From an uncultured Candidatus Saccharibacteria bacterium (GTDB lineage: Bacteria > Patescibacteriota > Saccharimonadia > Saccharimonadales > EFPC-124), in assembly GCA_964405095.1 (NCBI GenBank), contig CAYOML010000004.1, forward strand, positions 5,080 to 69,079: a stretch of DNA of 64,000 bases, given 5' to 3'. Made by a program: the position numbers and the translations under genes. Each line of letters opens with the position of its first letter. The first letter of the stretch is position 1. Below are positions 61,131 through 64,000 of the stretch, piece after piece. The notes under the pieces were generated by a model, which made no database searches, was not told the DNA's origin, and saw only the letters and a list, made by a program, of their open reading frames with translations.

Positions 61131-62657
61131 GTGACAACAACAGCTCATGACAACTGGCAATCGCTCGAACTGGCCGAACGACAAAAGATAATTCGGGAGT
61201 TTATTGCGACCAATAGTAAGGAGACCCGTGATCGGTTTATCTCGCACGTCCGCGCGCCCAAGGGTTATGGTATATTTGCCAGTACCGGACCGAACTACCA
61301 GGCGGCCGTCTTTGGCCGCGACTCGATCGAAGTTGCCGAAGATCTGTTGCATATTTTGCCTGAGCTGGTCGAAGAAATTATCCTGACACTGGCGCACTTT
61401 CAAGGCAAAGTGTTCACCCACACAAATGAAGAGGAGCCAGGCAAAATCCATCACGAATACCGCAGCCGGGTTTGGGACGGCCACACCGCGCCGCACGCTG
61501 CTCAAATTGTTTTCGACCACATCAAGAATAAATGGGGCGGCAATGACCACGAACTGCGTTACTACGGCACCTACGATGCCAGCGCACTGTTTGTGCGCCT
61601 GGTGGGCCGCTACTGCGCAATGCACGGTAAAGATATCCTGGGACAAATGGTCACAGGCTACGACCATGTTAAAATGCCGCTGCGCGAATGTGTACGGGCG
61701 GCGGCAATGTGGGTGGCGACCCGTGTTACAGCCTCCCCCTGGCAACTCTTTGAGTATAAACGCATTAATCCCCAGGGTATTTATCACCAAGCCTGGGAAG
61801 ACTCCGACATGGCCTATCTGCACACCGACGGCACTGTGGCCCGCGCTGAGACTGGCCTGGCCGCCGTTGAACTGCAGGGTTATGCCTACGATGCGCTTTT
61901 ATCGGCCGCTGACATTGTAGCCACCAGCGAAGAAGAAGCTGCAGCCTGGCGTGAACTGGCCGGCGCCATCCAAACTCAGACCCAAAAAGAGCTATGGATG
62001 GAAAAAGAACATTACTTTGCGATGGGCCTAGACCGCGACCCAGAGGGCCACCCTCGGCAAATCCAAACCCTGAATTTGAACTCTGGCCTGCTGCTAGAAA
62101 GCGGCCTGCTCCGTAATCTTGACGACGAACAACGTCATAACTATCTGGAAAACCTTGCTTATACCATTTTTAGCGAAGACTTCTTAACACCCGCCGGCCT
62201 GCGACTGCGGGCCAAGCGTCACGCCGACCTGGTAAAATTTGCCGACTACCATGGCTGCGAAGTCACCTGGCCTAAACAAACTTTCGACATCGCCAAAGGC
62301 TTTCGCGCCCATGGCCTGCCGCAACTTGCCGATCTGTTAGAGGCCTGTATTCTGCATAGTGTGACTGAAGCCGGTGAATTTTACGAATTCTTCTTTGTCG
62401 ACTCCAGCGGCCAACCTAAATACCACTACCGTAACGAACGGCCTGATGAACCTACATTCCACGAATTTGGTGCCGCCAATATGCCTGACCCCGGTCAAGC
62501 CTGGACGATTTCGGCAGTGCTGAGTATTGTTGCCAATCACCACGACCGTCCCCATGCGAGCAAACCGGCAGATGCCTTGCAAGAAGCTGTTTTTAACCAA
62601 CCATATGTCCAGAAAATTGCTAAAATCATCGGCTTCAATACTCATACGCAGCCATAA
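61131..62657 (+). CDS. amylo-alpha-1,6-glucosidase / glycogen-debranching-enzyme-like (alpha/alpha)6-barrel glycosidase
   Basis: 508 aa. YGTYDASALFV...AAVELQGYAYDALL...FLTPAGLRLR resembles the GDE_C family pattern. GTG start with AAGGTGGG upstream. Confidence 0.55.
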   Translation: MTTTAHDNWQSLELAERQKIIREFIATNSKETRDRFISHVRAPKGYGIFASTGPNYQAAVFGRDSIEVAEDLLHILPELVEEIILTLAHFQGKVFTHTNEEEPGKIHHEYRSRVWDGHTAPHAAQIVFDHIKNKWGGNDHELRYYGTYDASALFVRLVGRYCAMHGKDILGQMVTGYDHVKMPLRECVRAAAMWVATRVTASPWQLFEYKRINPQGIYHQAWEDSDMAYLHTDGTVARAETGLAAVELQGYAYDALLSAADIVATSEEEAAAWRELAGAIQTQTQKELWMEKEHYFAMGLDRDPEGHPRQIQTLNLNSGLLLESGLLRNLDDEQRHNYLENLAYTIFSEDFLTPAGLRLRAKRHADLVKFADYHGCEVTWPKQTFDIAKGFRAHGLPQLADLLEACILHSVTEAGEFYEFFFVDSSGQPKYHYRNERPDEPTFHEFGAANMPDPGQAWTISAVLSIVANHHDRPHASKPADALQEAVFNQPYVQKIAKIIGFNTHTQP

Positions 62658-62687
62658 AGTTTATAGTGTGCTACCATACGGCGTAAG

Positions 62688-63458
62688 ATGACAGTCAAAC
62701 TCGACGAGCCCAACCAGTCAGAACTCACCCGAGCCTACGCTGCGGCTACAAAGCGGCTATTACTCCTCGACTACGATGGAACACTAATAAAGTTTGCGCC
62801 AACACCCGACGAAGCTACTCCAACACCATCTGCACTGGGTATATTAATGGCTTTGGGTAGTGACACTAGAAACACGGTTGTTCTTATCAGTGGCCGACCG
62901 GCACACGTCCTGGATGAATGGTTCGGCCACATACCTATCCGCCTTGTCGCCGAACATGGCGCCTTTACCAAGGACGACCATGGCTGGCAGACAGAGGGCG
63001 TACACAGCAGCGATTGGAAAAAACTGGTTAAACAGTTAATGGCCAAGGCCGCTAAGGCATCACCGGGCATGTTTGTCGAAGATAAAATCACGGCGCTCGT
63101 ACTCCACCACAGAGCAGCTGCTAACCATGATGACGGTCTGTCTGCCGTCAGGCAAACCATCCACCAATTACCACCACTGCTGGCCAAATATAACTTGCGA
63201 TACAACCACATCGATGAAGCCCTCGAGGTCCGTCCAATGCATATTAGCAAAGGTAAAAACGCCCTCAATTGGTTGCAGGCTGATAAATACGGTTTTGTAT
63301 TGGCGGCCGGTGATAGCGCCACCGACGAAGATATGTTCGAGATACTGCCGGCTTCAACCTTCACCATAAAAATCGGTAAAGGCCCGACCGCCGCTCGCTA
63401 CCGCACGGCTTCGCCATCGAGTTTCGTGCAGTTTTTGCAGCAACTCTCTACTTATTAA
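62688..63458 (+). CDS. otsB: trehalose-phosphatase (HAD-IIB)
   Basis: LLLLDYDGTL (motif I), VLISGRP (motif II), K + GDSATDEDMF (motifs III/IV). Confidence 0.8.
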   Translation: MTVKLDEPNQSELTRAYAAATKRLLLLDYDGTLIKFAPTPDEATPTPSALGILMALGSDTRNTVVLISGRPAHVLDEWFGHIPIRLVAEHGAFTKDDHGWQTEGVHSSDWKKLVKQLMAKAAKASPGMFVEDKITALVLHHRAAANHDDGLSAVRQTIHQLPPLLAKYNLRYNHIDEALEVRPMHISKGKNALNWLQADKYGFVLAAGDSATDEDMFEILPASTFTIKIGKGPTAARYRTASPSSFVQFLQQLSTY

Positions 63459-64000
63459 GTTGATTCATGAGTACCAGTTCGTCGCGCAGCAGCCTCGGTA
63501 CCAAAAAGTTCTTCCGGATATGTTCGTGACCAGCATTTCCTAGCCGCCTGGCAAGAGCTGGATCACGAATTAAAGCCACAATCTTTTCGGCACACTGCTG
63601 GGCGGTATCGACCAAGTAGCCAGTCTGGCCATCAATAACTTGCAAACGAATACCGCCAACATCACCACCAATCACCGGTATACCAGCCCATAGAGATTCC
63701 GAAATTGTTAGCCCAAATCCCTCGCGGAGTGACTTTTGCAAAACCACGTTGCTGAGTGAAATAATCGCCTTAACCTCGCCATTATCGGTTTGGTTTGAGA
63801 AGACCATGGCATCTTTGTGGCCGTTAATAGCCGCCAAAACTGCTTTTTGAATCCGTAAACCTTGCTGGTCGCGGGGTGAAAAATCGGCGATTAGTACCAG
63901 TTGCAAACCAGGTATTTGTTCAGCCGCTAGCCGCCAAGCTTCGACAACCCCAAGATGGTCTTTCCAGGGGTCAAAACGCGAAACCTGAGTGATAAGCGGC
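63448..64000 (-). CDS. GT4 glycosyltransferase, TreT-like trehalose synthase (C-terminal part; 5' end beyond window)
   Basis: The frame stays open to nt 64000 (…ITQVSRFDPWKDHLGVVEAWRLAAEQIPGLQLVLIADF…). LQKSLREGFGLTISESLWAGIPVIGGDVGGIRLQV is the E-x7-E GT4 core as in TreT-type enzymes. Confidence 0.6.
   Translation of the reverse strand, partial: PLITQVSRFDPWKDHLGVVEAWRLAAEQIPGLQLVLIADFSPRDQQGLRIQKAVLAAINGHKDAMVFSNQTDNGEVKAIISLSNVVLQKSLREGFGLTISESLWAGIPVIGGDVGGIRLQVIDGQTGYLVDTAQQCAEKIVALIRDPALARRLGNAGHEHIRKNFLVPRLLRDELVLMNQLNK

Noticed and set aside
61056-61823. 255-aa ORF antisense to the GDE-like gene
   Set aside because: It overlaps a better-supported, motif-bearing 508-aa gene on the other strand. 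It has no recognisable motif and an implausible composition.

Overview
This is a gene-dense 64-kb window with about 60 credible CDS and 3 tRNAs, all with anticodon CAT. I found no rRNA, no CRISPR array, and no recognisable transposase, integrase or phage genes. The first 9.8 kb is the 3' part of one giant repeat protein (more than 3,251 aa, Gly/Thr/Ser/Ala/Asn-rich) whose 5' end lies upstream of the window. A 761-aa membrane-anchored Cys/Trp-rich protein follows it. The remaining genes are housekeeping, envelope and transport functions:
- Transport and membrane: P-type ATPase, ABC-2 exporter pair, MscS, TauE/SafE, CorA, MFS, SemiSWEET-like protein.
- Metabolism: Zwf, a flavoprotein disulfide reductase, trehalase, and a GDE-like / OtsB / TreT-like GT4 cluster.
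- Information processing and cell wall: TsaC, archaeal-type AspRS, a MurC-like ligase, two HhH-GPD glycosylases, Fur, an RRM RNA-binding protein.
- Signalling and other: three histidine kinases with four stand-alone receiver proteins, an AbrB-type antitoxin with a Doc toxin, and many small N-terminally anchored hypothetical proteins.

The overall content resembles a reduced-genome CPR/Saccharibacteria-like bacterium, but that is inference only.

The most unusual observations are:
1. A family of about 95-155-nt end-to-end palindromic intergenic elements (4 copies) whose arms carry copy-specific compensatory changes.
2. Protein-conserved but wobble-scrambled repeats inside the giant gene.
3. A low-GC GH10 xylanase-like gene and a HAD-like gene, bracketed by tRNA-3'-end-like repeats and terminators next to tRNA-fMet. 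That tRNA also has a 19-nt inverted copy of its own T-arm downstream.
4. A doc toxin gene split by a 1-nt frameshift.
5. Two adjacent long hairpins between fur and the RRM protein gene.

All functional calls come from motif recognition by eye. No database or HMM searches were run.
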